A program made the position numbers and the translations under genes. Below the pieces are notes generated by a model. The model saw only the letters and a list, made by a program, of their open reading frames with translations. It was not told the origin of the DNA and did not search any database. From an uncultured delta proteobacterium (GTDB lineage Bacteria; Desulfobacterota; Desulfobacteria; Desulfobacterales; JAFDCJ01), in contig CAVYNY010000019.1 of assembly GCA_963769935.1 (NCBI GenBank), positions 32,001 through 96,000 of the forward strand: a stretch of 64,000 nucleotides of DNA, read 5' to 3'. Positions within the stretch are counted from its first letter, which is position 1. Each line of letters starts with the position of its first letter. Below, piece after piece: positions 42,206-52,241 of this stretch.

Positions 42206-42904
42206 TCACTGCTCCACACGCATTGCCTCCACCGGCTGCATTCTGGCCGCAACCAGGGCCGGATAAAAAACACCCACTAGACTGAGCAGACAGCCCACTC
42301 CGGTTGCGACGGCAATTGAAACGATGACATTGTTCCAGGAAATCGCGGATAGGGCTACACTGCCAAAGCGCAGCCATCCGTTCAAGAGGGAAAAGACGCC
42401 GCCGAGAATGGCGCCGGCACCGGCACCGACCAGCCCCTGCATTCCGGCTTCCAGAAAAAAGAGGCGCAGGATGAAGCGGTCCAGTGCTCCCAGGCACTTC
42501 ATCGTGCCGATTTCTCGAAAACGTTCGGTCACCGCCATCAGCTGGGCATTTACGATGCCCACGACGCAGACCAGCAGGGAGAGAATGACAAGCCATCTTT
42601 GTTTGGGACTGCTGCCCACCGATGTATCACCGGGAGCAAGATCGTAGCCGGATGTAATCAGCATGCGAAGCAGTTCAGGATCATGCTTTTTCAGCATGCC
42701 GTTGGCAACATCGTCGCTGACACCCACAAAGCTCAAAAAGGAGACGGCCAGCACAAGACTCAGGGTAGTGATCAGGGAGCGGAAAAAGCGAACTTTAATG
42801 CTTTTCCAAGCAATTTCGACCGATTTTAGAAAAGGAAGTTTGACCAGGCGTTGCACTCGCTCCAGTTCTTTTTCCGAAACTGCTGGAATGGGTTTTTCGG
42901 CCAT
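42206..42904 (-). CDS. Small FtsX-like ABC permease
   Basis: RFFRSLIT, AVTERFREIGTMKCLGA, YPALVAARMQPVEAMR. Confidence 0.92.
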   Translation of the reverse strand: MAEKPIPAVSEKELERVQRLVKLPFLKSVEIAWKSIKVRFFRSLITTLSLVLAVSFLSFVGVSDDVANGMLKKHDPELLRMLITSGYDLAPGDTSVGSSPKQRWLVILSLLVCVVGIVNAQLMAVTERFREIGTMKCLGALDRFILRLFFLEAGMQGLVGAGAGAILGGVFSLLNGWLRFGSVALSAISWNNVIVSIAVATGVGCLLSLVGVFYPALVAARMQPVEAMRVEQ

Positions 42905-43168
42905 GATCAAAACCTCGCCTTCATTGTCCGGCTATCCGTCAAAAAAATAGGGGAGCAGGTCCCACCTGGGCAATGAAAAAGAAGGGGTGATAAAATGAGA
43001 AATTTCTCGCTCCGGCAGCAGTGGCTTGATTTGAACCCGCCGGGATTTTTATCAATCAGGAATTGACGATTTGCATCAATCTGTCCGCAACGCGCAGCCG
43101 AAAGGCTGACAATGGGTTCAATTACCATAATTGCGTGCCGGTGTAAATGAGAATGGTTCCTGACAGGG

Positions 43169-43813
43169 TTATTTTTTCCGGATCAGATAGACGCCGTCCC
43201 GAACGCTCAACATCACCTTTTCCACCCGCATTTCCTGTCTGACCTTTTCATTAAAAGCAGCTATGGCCCGGGCATTTTCGTTGCTTATTTTATTTTTAAA
43301 TATCTTGTGGCGCCAGAAAACGTTGTCTACAAAAATGAGCCCGCCCGGATTTAAGATTCGCAGGGCCTCATCAAAATAGTCGCCGTAGGACGGCTTATCC
43401 GCATCGATGAAGACAAGCTCTGCACAGCTGTCCGGCATCTGCCGAAGGGTATTTAAAGCGGGCCCCAATTTCAGCCGGATCTTATCGGCATGAGGACTTT
43501 TTTTGAAAAAGCGCTGCGCCATATCGGCATACGCTTTGTTGTTTTCGCAGGTTGTCAGGATACCATCTTCCGGCAGGGCCTCTGCTATGACCAGCGCCGA
43601 ATAACCGGTAAAGGTTCCGACCTCCACCGCCCGTTTGGTGCTGGAAATTTTAATAAGCAGTTGCAGTATCTTACCTTCAACTTTACCGATGCTCCAGAAA
43701 GCGCGGCCGGTCATTTTTTCGGTTTCCGTCATGAGCTCCTGAAGCAGCGGCGGTAAATCGTCCGTATGGGCATCCACATAGTTTTCTATGACTTTTGCCA
43801 TGTCAGCAAGCAT
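43169..43813 (-). CDS. SAM-dependent O-methyltransferase (COMT/CCoAOMT family)
   Basis: VEVGTFTGYS, FIDADK, VDN, RDG. Confidence 0.92.
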   Translation of the reverse strand: MLADMAKVIENYVDAHTDDLPPLLQELMTETEKMTGRAFWSIGKVEGKILQLLIKISSTKRAVEVGTFTGYSALVIAEALPEDGILTTCENNKAYADMAQRFFKKSPHADKIRLKLGPALNTLRQMPDSCAELVFIDADKPSYGDYFDEALRILNPGGLIFVDNVFWRHKIFKNKISNENARAIAAFNEKVRQEMRVEKVMLSVRDGVYLIRKK

Positions 43814-43954
43814 GTCCGGTTCCTGGGTAACTGATCCTGGCCCAGAGGATCATGTTTTCAACGATAGAACTAATTAGGGCAGTACTACTGAATGTAGACA
43901 ACTGCAGGTTTGGTGTCAAGCGTCAAAAAAAAATCCATAAGAAGGCCTGTTCCG

Positions 43955-44036
43955 GGCGGGAGGTTTTATCCCATAAGAAATAGGTTCAGTGCGGGCCAAA
44001 ATAAATCCTCCTGAGGTGGATAAACCTCCCGCCTAC
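43955..44036. repeat. REP-like inverted repeat
   Basis: ggcgggaggttttatcc ... ggataaacctcccgccTAC (GTAG on the minus strand). Confidence 0.6.
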
Positions 44037-44115
44037 CTACCAGGTCAGCCAATAGATCTCAGGGAAGGGTTTTACATCGGCCCGGACGGGGCGCAACCCG
44101 TGAAAACCGCTCAAT

Positions 44116-45603
44116 TTAGGAATGAAAGCGTCGCTTTAAGTGCTGGAGCCTGCCCAGAAAATATGCCCGGAAATGTAACCTGAGCAACCGTCCTTTGGAT
44201 CCTGACGTGGATTTGAATACGACGTCTTCGATCACCCGGTCGTCGGCCTGACCATTGGCAACCAACCAGATAATATTGTGCAGCACTTGTTTTTTTGAAA
44301 AGGGAAGCAGCTTCGGCACAAAGGCCCAGTTGCGCGCCATTCTTTTTTCCAAGCTGTCGACGCCGGCCTCATTTTCATCTATGTGCCCATCTGCCAACGC
44401 CTTGAGCGTCAGAGGATAATCCGGAAAATATTGCAGCGAGTACAGGTTGAAACGTCGGGGTTGCGGCAACTGTAATAAAAGCCGAATCGTTTCCTTTAAA
44501 GATTCCTCCGAATCATAAGGGTTATCGAGAATGAGGTCATATCTGACCTTAACGTCATATTTGGATATTTCCCGGGCCAGTTGAAGTATTTCGGTGTTTT
44601 TGCCCGGTCGATCGAACACCCGATTCCGAATGTGATCCGTGCCGGACTCGATGCCGATTTTGACTCGATGTAAACCGCTTTTTACCAGTCTTTCGATCAT
44701 CGACGATTTTATCAGCTGCGGGTTGTACTGAACCTTGAACGGCAATCCGATTTCCGCCGGATAGCGAGTTTCAAATTCTTCCAGCCAGGTCTCATCGGTA
44801 CCAAAATTTTCGTCATGAAACTCGACGATCCGTTTCTGATTGCCTGGAATGGCCAGTATTTCCTGCATCTCAGCGATGATGTTGCCAACCGAACGCCGGC
44901 GGCTGAAACGCCCCAATCCTTTATACATCGGCCGCAAGAGACTGTTTACGCAATAAGAACACGCAAAGGGACATCCCCGCGCCGGCATGACGGCCAAAAT
45001 CGGGTCTGATATGGTCGGATCTTGCCGGGTTACCTCGTTGGAACCGATAAAATAGAAGGAATCTCGGCTATAAGCTGGAAAAGGCAGGCGATCGAGATCC
45101 TGTATCAACGGTCGCATCGGATTCCTGATGACAGCGCCGTTGCTGTTTATCCAGAGGTTTTTAATGCGTCGATAATCGCTGTCATCCCGCAGCGCCGTGA
45201 CCAGCTCGGAGAATGCGTCTTCTCCTTCACCCATGCAAACCATGTCGGCATCTTTGACGCAGGCCGCCGGACTCAGTGTCGGATGAATGCCTCCCCATAT
45301 CACCGACGCCGACGAATTGGCTCGGATAATATTGGTTATCCGTTTGGCAACGTAGAGATAAGGAGAGTAGACACTTATGCCGACGAGTTTCGGATCGATT
45401 TCGGCAATTATTTCTTTTAGCAGCTGTTCTTCTTTTGAAGTTGGATAATGTACCGCATTCGTGTAAAAATCCTGAAAAAAGATCGTGAAGGGCCGAACGC
45501 CGGCTATATTTTCCAGCAGGGCATGCAGGATGCGGACCGGAAAGTTCTGATACCGGTATAAGGCCAGCAAGACGACTGGTATTGGTTGTCGGGAGGTGCT
45601 CAT
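44116..45603 (-). CDS. B12-binding-domain radical SAM protein
   Basis: WGGIHPT, GEGE, RGCPFACSYC (CxxxCxxC), DENF, GIESG; the frame is also open to an ATG at 45714. Confidence 0.92.
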   Translation of the reverse strand: MSTSRQPIPVVLLALYRYQNFPVRILHALLENIAGVRPFTIFFQDFYTNAVHYPTSKEEQLLKEIIAEIDPKLVGISVYSPYLYVAKRITNIIRANSSASVIWGGIHPTLSPAACVKDADMVCMGEGEDAFSELVTALRDDSDYRRIKNLWINSNGAVIRNPMRPLIQDLDRLPFPAYSRDSFYFIGSNEVTRQDPTISDPILAVMPARGCPFACSYCVNSLLRPMYKGLGRFSRRRSVGNIIAEMQEILAIPGNQKRIVEFHDENFGTDETWLEEFETRYPAEIGLPFKVQYNPQLIKSSMIERLVKSGLHRVKIGIESGTDHIRNRVFDRPGKNTEILQLAREISKYDVKVRYDLILDNPYDSEESLKETIRLLLQLPQPRRFNLYSLQYFPDYPLTLKALADGHIDENEAGVDSLEKRMARNWAFVPKLLPFSKKQVLHNIIWLVANGQADDRVIEDVVFKSTSGSKGRLLRLHFRAYFLGRLQHLKRRFHS

Positions 45604-45614
45604 CGTATAATATA

Positions 45615-45680
45615 GTTGGCCCGTTGGCCCGTTGGCCCGTTGGCCCGTTGGCCACCGTTGGCCCGTTGGCCCGTTGGCCC
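45615..45680. repeat. Near-perfect octamer tandem repeat (GTTGGCCC) x8
   Basis: Seven perfect units plus one unit carrying 2 extra bases. Confidence 0.95.
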
Positions 45681-45733
45681 GTTTCGGCAAACCGATAAAC
45701 CGGCAAACGGACATACCGGCAAAAATTGCTCAA

Positions 45734-47266
45734 CTATCGGAGACGGATTGGGTTGTCAAGGGAGATTTTCTGTGCGGTCGGTGTTTCGGCCAAGCCAGCT
45801 GCGCTGCGGCCGGCCCCACCTGCCGGATCAACTTCATAGGCTCTGATCGGCCGCGCAAATCCTTTCACGGTGATCATGCCCATCGGCCGGCAGTCAATAT
45901 GATCATTTACCAGGGCCCAGGTGGCATGGCTGATAAGAATTCTTCCCGGCTTGCAGGCCGTCTCCAGCCGGGAGGCCAGGTTGACCTGCATGCCCATGGC
46001 GCTGTACTCGCTTCTCCGGTGGGAGCCGAAACTGCCCACCGTCGCCATGCCGGTATTGATGCCGCATCGTATTTGCAGGGGAACCTCAACGCCCTCGCTG
46101 AACCATTTGTGCTGGAGTTTTCTCATTTTTTGCTGCATCTCGATCGCCATGTGTACGCAGCGCAAAGCGTGATCGCGGTCGTCGGTTCGGTCCGGTGCAC
46201 CGAAAAAAACAAACAGCGCATCTCCGGTAATATTGGCCAGGGTTCCCTCGTAATTTTGAATAATGTCATTCATACCGGAAAAATATTCGTTCAACAATCG
46301 GCCCATATCTTCGGGCTCCATGGCATCCGTGGCCCGGGTGAAATCCTTGATGTCGGAGAAGAACAGAGTCAATTTACGGCGACGGTGATCCCGCAGCGGT
46401 TCGACGTCTCCGGCCAGAATTTTCCCGATCAGCTGGGACGGCACGTATCTTGATAGAAATCTGTGGGCCTTGTCGATAATGCGCTTTTGCGTCTGAAGGT
46501 CCCGGGTCCTTAATTCAATCGTCTTTTCCTGCCTTAACCGGATATTGTTGACTTCTTCTATGCGGCGCTCAAGCTCTTCGATAATATCGCGTGACATCCG
46601 CAGGCGTATCAAATCCATATAACGGGAATAAAAAGCCTTGCTCTTCCAGTTGATATGATACTCACAGAAGGAATCGCCCTCGAATTGACACATCTTCTCT
46701 TCAACGACAGCCGGATTGCCCGTAAGTTTGCCGAGACCTTCATAGACGCCTTTGTTCATATCGCAGAAATGCCGGGAAATATCCGGGTCATCATCCCAGT
46801 GAATTCTGACAACCGCATACCCGCTTTGATTCTTGATGACCTTGATGGAACGATTGCGGTTAAACTTGGCATTTTCTTTGGGAAGGCGGTTGATGATGGT
46901 TTGAACACCGGCCAGCCGCATTAAAAATACCTGGGATCCCACTGCGGTTTTAAATATATTGCGGCCGGCTTTATAAATGGCCTGCGGATCGTTTAAAATC
47001 GCAATGGTGTTCCGGTAGACGCTTTTCAGCAAACCATTGCAAACCCAGTTGTGCGATTGCAGTAAATATTCGCTGGTAACCGGGGCGATTTTGCCGGTGT
47101 CCTCATCGCTGAACAGAAAGCTTTGACTGCCGGTGATGCCGTCGAAAAGTTCCCGGTAGGGCACCTCCGGCAGAACGCCTTTGATGTAATGCTCGCAGGT
47201 GAGGATATTGATGCAGCTGGTATCCTTTCTCATCGGATCGCCTGATATCAACGGAATCGCTTCCAT
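45734..47266 (-). CDS. Class III adenylate/guanylate cyclase with V4R-like N-terminal domain and coiled coil
   Basis: CQFEGDSFCEY; FSDIKDFT, GDALFVFFGAP, GINTG, VNLASRLE. Confidence 0.9.
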   Translation of the reverse strand: MEAIPLISGDPMRKDTSCINILTCEHYIKGVLPEVPYRELFDGITGSQSFLFSDEDTGKIAPVTSEYLLQSHNWVCNGLLKSVYRNTIAILNDPQAIYKAGRNIFKTAVGSQVFLMRLAGVQTIINRLPKENAKFNRNRSIKVIKNQSGYAVVRIHWDDDPDISRHFCDMNKGVYEGLGKLTGNPAVVEEKMCQFEGDSFCEYHINWKSKAFYSRYMDLIRLRMSRDIIEELERRIEEVNNIRLRQEKTIELRTRDLQTQKRIIDKAHRFLSRYVPSQLIGKILAGDVEPLRDHRRRKLTLFFSDIKDFTRATDAMEPEDMGRLLNEYFSGMNDIIQNYEGTLANITGDALFVFFGAPDRTDDRDHALRCVHMAIEMQQKMRKLQHKWFSEGVEVPLQIRCGINTGMATVGSFGSHRRSEYSAMGMQVNLASRLETACKPGRILISHATWALVNDHIDCRPMGMITVKGFARPIRAYEVDPAGGAGRSAAGLAETPTAQKISLDNPIRLR

Positions 47267-47730
47267 GGGCGCACTCCAACAGCGTTGACTAAGGGCTCAC
47301 TCAAAAATATCTTCACATTTTAACCACGATGGCAAAAGGACAGGAGACAGAGCAGTTTGCAATATAAAGATCGGCTTGGGAAAGCGTCAAACTAGAAGAT
47401 TTGTAAATAACACGGATTACCGGAATTCCGGTTCAGGGCGCCGAATGAAAACTGATTGAAATTAAGAGAAATACTGTATTTGAATAGAAAAGAGTCAGTA
47501 GGAAATCGCAGAAATGCTCATTTTATTGTAATATTTACCCGTCGATTCAGTAAATTCAAGGCATTGGCCGCACTTGCAGATCTAAAAGCTTATGGTTAAA
47601 AGCTTTCATTTGATAAAGGGTTTGCTCAATTTATTTGCCCAATTGAAACGGTTGCACATCTTCTTTACCCAATCTCTCCCACGGGTACTCATCTTGTCCG
47701 CAAAGCCTGGCCGGATCTGCCTTAAATGAC

Positions 47731-49865
47731 TTATTGCGTTTTTGAACGTTTATCAAGGTATTCGATCCGCTCGAGGATTTGGCGTGCCGCTTTATGATCC
47801 GGATCCAGGCGCAGTACCTCTGATACATGATATCTGGCCCGCTCAAACTCGCCCTGGGAAGCCAGAAGAATACTCAATCGTAAATGAGCATTGATATAAT
47901 TAGGTTTCAGTCGAATTGCTTCCGTATAATGAAGTTCCGCTTCCTTAAATTTCATTTGTTGTAAAAATATGCCGGCCAGGTTGGCGTGGGCCGTGGCTGA
48001 GTCAGGCTCCAGGCGCAGCGCCTCGGAAAACTGATGGGCCGCTTCGTCCAGCCGTTTCTGACGTGCGAGCGCAATTCCGAAGTTGGTGTGCGCGCCGGCA
48101 TAGCCGGGGTTTAGCCGCAGGGCTTCGAGCAAAATGCTGCTCGGCCTCCTCGAATTCACCTCGACTGCGCCAATTCAATCCCTAAATTATTGTGCGCCTC
48201 TGCAAATCCGGGTTCGATCCGCAACGCTTCTCTGTGGTGTTCTATCGCCTCGAGATGCCGGCCTTGTTCGGCCAGAGCAAGTCCTAAGTTAGTATGAGCG
48301 CGCGCATAATTGGGCACCTGTCGCAGTGCTTCAGAATATTGTTGAATCCCTTCCTCGAGCTTGCCCTGACGCACCAGCGCATTGGCGAGATTCAAATGCG
48401 CTAAGGCCGAGTCGGGTTCGAAACGCAAGGCCTCTTTAAAGAGACGGATGGCTTCGACATCCTGTCCCTTTTCGGCCAGAGCAAAACCCAGATTGTTGAG
48501 GGCCAAAAAACTGTTGGGGTTGATTTGCAGAGCGTGTTCAAAAAAAGTTTGGGTATCATGCCAGTACGGGACCTGCCGGGAGCTGCACAGCAGAAAAAAT
48601 CCTAAGACCATTACGCCGCAGATGGCCGCCAGTTTCTTTCTGGGCCATGTCAATCCCCAGGCCAATGCGATCGCCGGCCCGATCATAGCAAAATAAACAT
48701 ACCGGTCTGCAACCGTCGAATTGCGCTGAAATTCAAATGAAATGAACCCTAACACCGGCAGCAGGCCGAGGACAAAAATTCCTGCCGCCGCCGCAAGCCA
48801 CGGCAGTCGTTTCCGCTTTAACCAGAGCCATATGGCAACGATATACGGCACCGATCCGGTTATAAACAGCCAGCCGTGTCCCATTATATACTGCGGAGTT
48901 CGTCCGTAGTCCGGACCCAACCGCAGGGGCAATACCAGCTGGTAAAGATAAAACGCAACGGCATCGCCCGCAATCAGAGGGCGGGCCCATAGAGGCGGCT
49001 TAAAAGCAAGAATCGAACCGGTCTGCACCCAGCGGGTCAGAAGACCCCATGCCAGTGCAATAATGAACCACACCCACAGACCGGATAGATTCTCACGCCA
49101 GGATTGCCGCCAACCCCATGCAGCCAGCAACCAAACCATTACCGGTACAACAACGGCGGTCGGTTTTGCCAAAAGCGCCAGAACATATAGTCCGGTGGCG
49201 AGCCCGTAATGTAACCCGGGATGCGGCTGATTGCCCGGCAGCGTTTTGGCATCGATGGACACCAGATACTGCCAGACGGCCGCCAGCGCTAATAAGCCGA
49301 ACAACACATCCTTTAGGCCGGTAACCCATGCAACGGGTTCAACTTGAAGGGGGTGGATGGCAAACAGCAAGGCACCGCCGCAGGCCGCCCAGGACAACGG
49401 CATTGCGTCGACCTTGTCTGTCGCTTCCGTCTCTATCTGCCTTGTGCGACTCAACAGCAGCAACAAAATACGCCACAGAACCAGCACACTCAGCACGTGC
49501 AGCAAGAGATTAAAGCTGTGAAAAAGCCCCGGATCGGGAACCACTGCGGCAGCGGAATTCGCTTTTAGCAGCTTGGGCGCCCATGCCAGCGCGGCATAAA
49601 TCGTATAGAGGAGCGGCGCATAGAGACGTTCGTAAGGATAGCGCCAGAAGTGCAGCAGGTTGTCAAGGGAGGGTACCTGGAGGTAGGGATTTTTATAAAC
49701 ATTGACACTGTCGTCCCAGGCCAGAAACTGGTGGTGGGATATCGGCCAGAAGACAACCGTTGGTACTAAAATGAGGATTATGATGGGGATCAGCCGCATC
49801 CAGCGGTTGGTGCGATGAATGGGCGGCTGATGATCAGAGTCTGTAATCAGGCACCTTTCAGTCAT
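47731..49865 (-). CDS. TMTC-like GT-C membrane protein with C-terminal TPRs; frameshifted near 48130-48170
   Basis: WDD, FAIHPLQVEPVAWV, LLAKP, ADRYVY, then TPRs (AHNNLG, AHTNFG) continuing in a second frame. Confidence 0.85.
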
Positions 49866-51045
49866 CACCGATTCCTTGATTGCAATTTTTCTCTACCCAC
49901 CGGCTCAGAAATTTAGCTGCGTTGGCCGCACCATTCAGATCGATCGGCAGATCTTTTAACGCGGGTTTAATTTGAAGCAGTCTATGCATGTGCTTGCTTA
50001 AACGATCGGCGCGCATATCTTCTTCCGTCAATATTCTCATCGGGAAAAAATCCTTTATTTTTTCTACCCGCATCGGTTGCTCCCGCTGACGCGAGTAAGG
50101 ATAAACCAACGCCGGCACCTGGCTAACCAGCAAGTTCATACAGGTATTGTATCCGGCCAGGCTGACCGACAGATCGGCCGCGTTCAGATAATCCGGAAAG
50201 CGCCGGGTAAAACGACGGATGCGGATATCACTCGAGGCGCGGGCGGCTAATTTATTAAATTCTTCATCTTGCATGAAGGGACCGGCAAAAGCTTCAAGCC
50301 GCAGGGACATGCGGTTGCGCAGCAGTTCGCAGGCCGCGATGACACAATCTAAAAGCCGGTATCCGGACCGCCCGCCGCCGGCACTCGCCACAACCAGCTT
50401 CCGGCCTGCGGCCACCGCCAAAGAATGTCGCAGGCTGCGGCCGGCCGCCGGGTCTGTCTGCTGGGTGATATACCCCGTGTAAACCACTGGAATGGCGATG
50501 TCGTTCACCCTTGAAAAGGTCTCGTCGAGTCGCAGCAGACGCTCGTCGGAATGAACCAGCAGGACATCATAGTACCGGTTTAACTTTTGGATGACCCTTT
50601 CTTCGTAGGCGGCCGGATCTTTCTTTTCTACCAGGATATCCCTCAGACTGCAAACGGTTTTGACGGCACCGAAGGTGCCGCTCCGAATATCTGCCAGCAC
50701 GGGCTCCAGTTCAAAACCAAATAGGGTGCGGCCGAAGGGATGCAATTCAACAATGAAAATATCGGGCTGCTTCTCCCTAAACAATTCGGACAGGATATCT
50801 TTGCGTGCCTGCTGAATCTCGGCCACACTTTTTGTGGGGTCGCCGGGAATCAGGGTGGTGAATTTCTCATCCATGTAAAGCACCGGCAGCCTGACAAGCT
50901 GGACATGCCGCGGCAAATCCAGGACCACGTCCTGCCCGCCGGCAACCAGCGTTACAGCATGCCCCGACAGGGCACGCGCGAATTCGAGGCTGCGCACCAA
51001 ATGCCCCATCCCCCAGACGTATTGGCAGTAAATGATGATGTTCAT
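49858..51045 (-). CDS. GT-B glycosyltransferase, COG4671 / GT28-C-like
   Basis: YCQYVWGMGHL, ELHPFGR, SLRDIL, SAGGG, SLAGYNT, REQ. Confidence 0.88.
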   Translation of the reverse strand: MNIIIYCQYVWGMGHLVRSLEFARALSGHAVTLVAGGQDVVLDLPRHVQLVRLPVLYMDEKFTTLIPGDPTKSVAEIQQARKDILSELFREKQPDIFIVELHPFGRTLFGFELEPVLADIRSGTFGAVKTVCSLRDILVEKKDPAAYEERVIQKLNRYYDVLLVHSDERLLRLDETFSRVNDIAIPVVYTGYITQQTDPAAGRSLRHSLAVAAGRKLVVASAGGGRSGYRLLDCVIAACELLRNRMSLRLEAFAGPFMQDEEFNKLAARASSDIRIRRFTRRFPDYLNAADLSVSLAGYNTCMNLLVSQVPALVYPYSRQREQPMRVEKIKDFFPMRILTEEDMRADRLSKHMHRLLQIKPALKDLPIDLNGAANAAKFLSRWVEKNCNQGIGDD

Positions 51046-51141
51046 AATTAATCCGCCCTGATAAATAGCACATTCAGGGATACAAATTTTTTCTTAATAA
51101 CAAAAGACTTGAGTCAGGCCGAAGCGCCGGCGGCTTAATTA
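51043..51141. mobile_element. MITE-like ~100-bp element, family B copy 1
   Basis: cataattaatccgcc-ctga...ttcaggg...ggcggcttaatta; homologous to 60547-60661. Confidence 0.65.
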
Positions 51142-51279
51142 CTTTATGCTGCGCACATTTTTTAAGATTGGACTATTAATCGAAGTTTACTATCACGGTG
51201 CTTACAAACAACAAGTATATTTTATACATATACAGTGCACCGCGTATTTGACCGAATGCTGTTTCAAAATGGCATTGAT

Positions 51280-52101
51280 TCATGGTGCGTTTAAACAACT
51301 AATTGTAGAACTGGTGTATACCAAATCCTTAAAATGAACCAGTTGAAGCGTGTTATGGGTTTTGAGTACCTTCAAGAGAATATCCAGAAAATCAAATGCG
51401 GCTGAATTCATGCGCTGATGATGAATCATAATTCCGCACCAGCCTTCTGTAATTCCCCGGTGAAGCTCGTTAAACAGGTTATCCCATCCCGCCTGCGGCG
51501 AATCCTCCCTGCGGGTATGCAGATCGACATTGACATCAAAGCTCGGCAAACCCGGCGGGGGCGGCGGCCGGCTGCCGCGGCTGCGGGATACCGCTCGGTA
51601 CTCCAAGTTTTTCAGCGTCGCCAGAGCTTCCTGCCCGCATCGATTCCACGGCGGCGTGAAAACCGGATAGAAACTTTTGCCCATCAGGTCCCACAGGCGC
51701 TGCCGGCCGCATCGAATATCGCGGGCCAGCGCATCCGGGGTGCGCCGTGGGCCGAATTCCTGCTTTTTCCCTGCGAGCTCATGATTTACGTGCCGCCATC
51801 CGTGTTGGTGCCAGCACCAGAGGCGGGCGCCCTTTTTTCCGATGCCTTCGATCGCCTGCCAACGGACCGGAGTCAACCAGGCGGGTACGACGGCCAGACA
51901 GAGCGGCGCACCGTGTAAAGAAAAAACTTCCAGCAGACGTCTAAACCGGCTGCCGGGGGCAGCGATATCGTCGGCCCGGAAAAAGATGAATGCTTCCCCC
52001 GGACCTGATGCCTGTTCACAGGCGGCCTCGATACAACTTGCAGTTCTTGCAACCAGATCTGAAGGAAGACGTTGCCATATGGATGAAACGTATTTTTGCA
52101 T
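51280..52101 (-). CDS. Polysaccharide deacetylase-like (CE4/NodB-fold) protein
   Basis: FFRADD, QHGWRH, FTPPWNR, MIHH. Confidence 0.85.
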   Translation of the reverse strand: MQKYVSSIWQRLPSDLVARTASCIEAACEQASGPGEAFIFFRADDIAAPGSRFRRLLEVFSLHGAPLCLAVVPAWLTPVRWQAIEGIGKKGARLWCWHQHGWRHVNHELAGKKQEFGPRRTPDALARDIRCGRQRLWDLMGKSFYPVFTPPWNRCGQEALATLKNLEYRAVSRSRGSRPPPPPGLPSFDVNVDLHTRREDSPQAGWDNLFNELHRGITEGWCGIMIHHQRMNSAAFDFLDILLKVLKTHNTLQLVHFKDLVYTSSTISCLNAP

Positions 52102-52241
52102 AAAATTAGGTCCAGGGTTCTGGGTTCAAAAGGTTCTGGGCCCAGGGACTTAAAATTTAAGATTGAATATTATGGAATCCTGTCGTTTTTGGCTTCTTTT
52201 AAAATTCGGCAATTTAAACAAAATTAAAAAGACGGAACTCC

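Noticed and set aside
42907..43128. Possible RiPP precursor for the PqqD protein
   Set aside because: No convincing SD or leader/core pattern; probably the promoter region of the operon.
45734..47266. Pycsar/CBASS-type defence system (cyclase plus cNMP protein)
   Set aside because: The genes are about 17 kb apart, the cyclase has a sensory V4R-like domain, and the cNMP protein has no TIR or TM effector.
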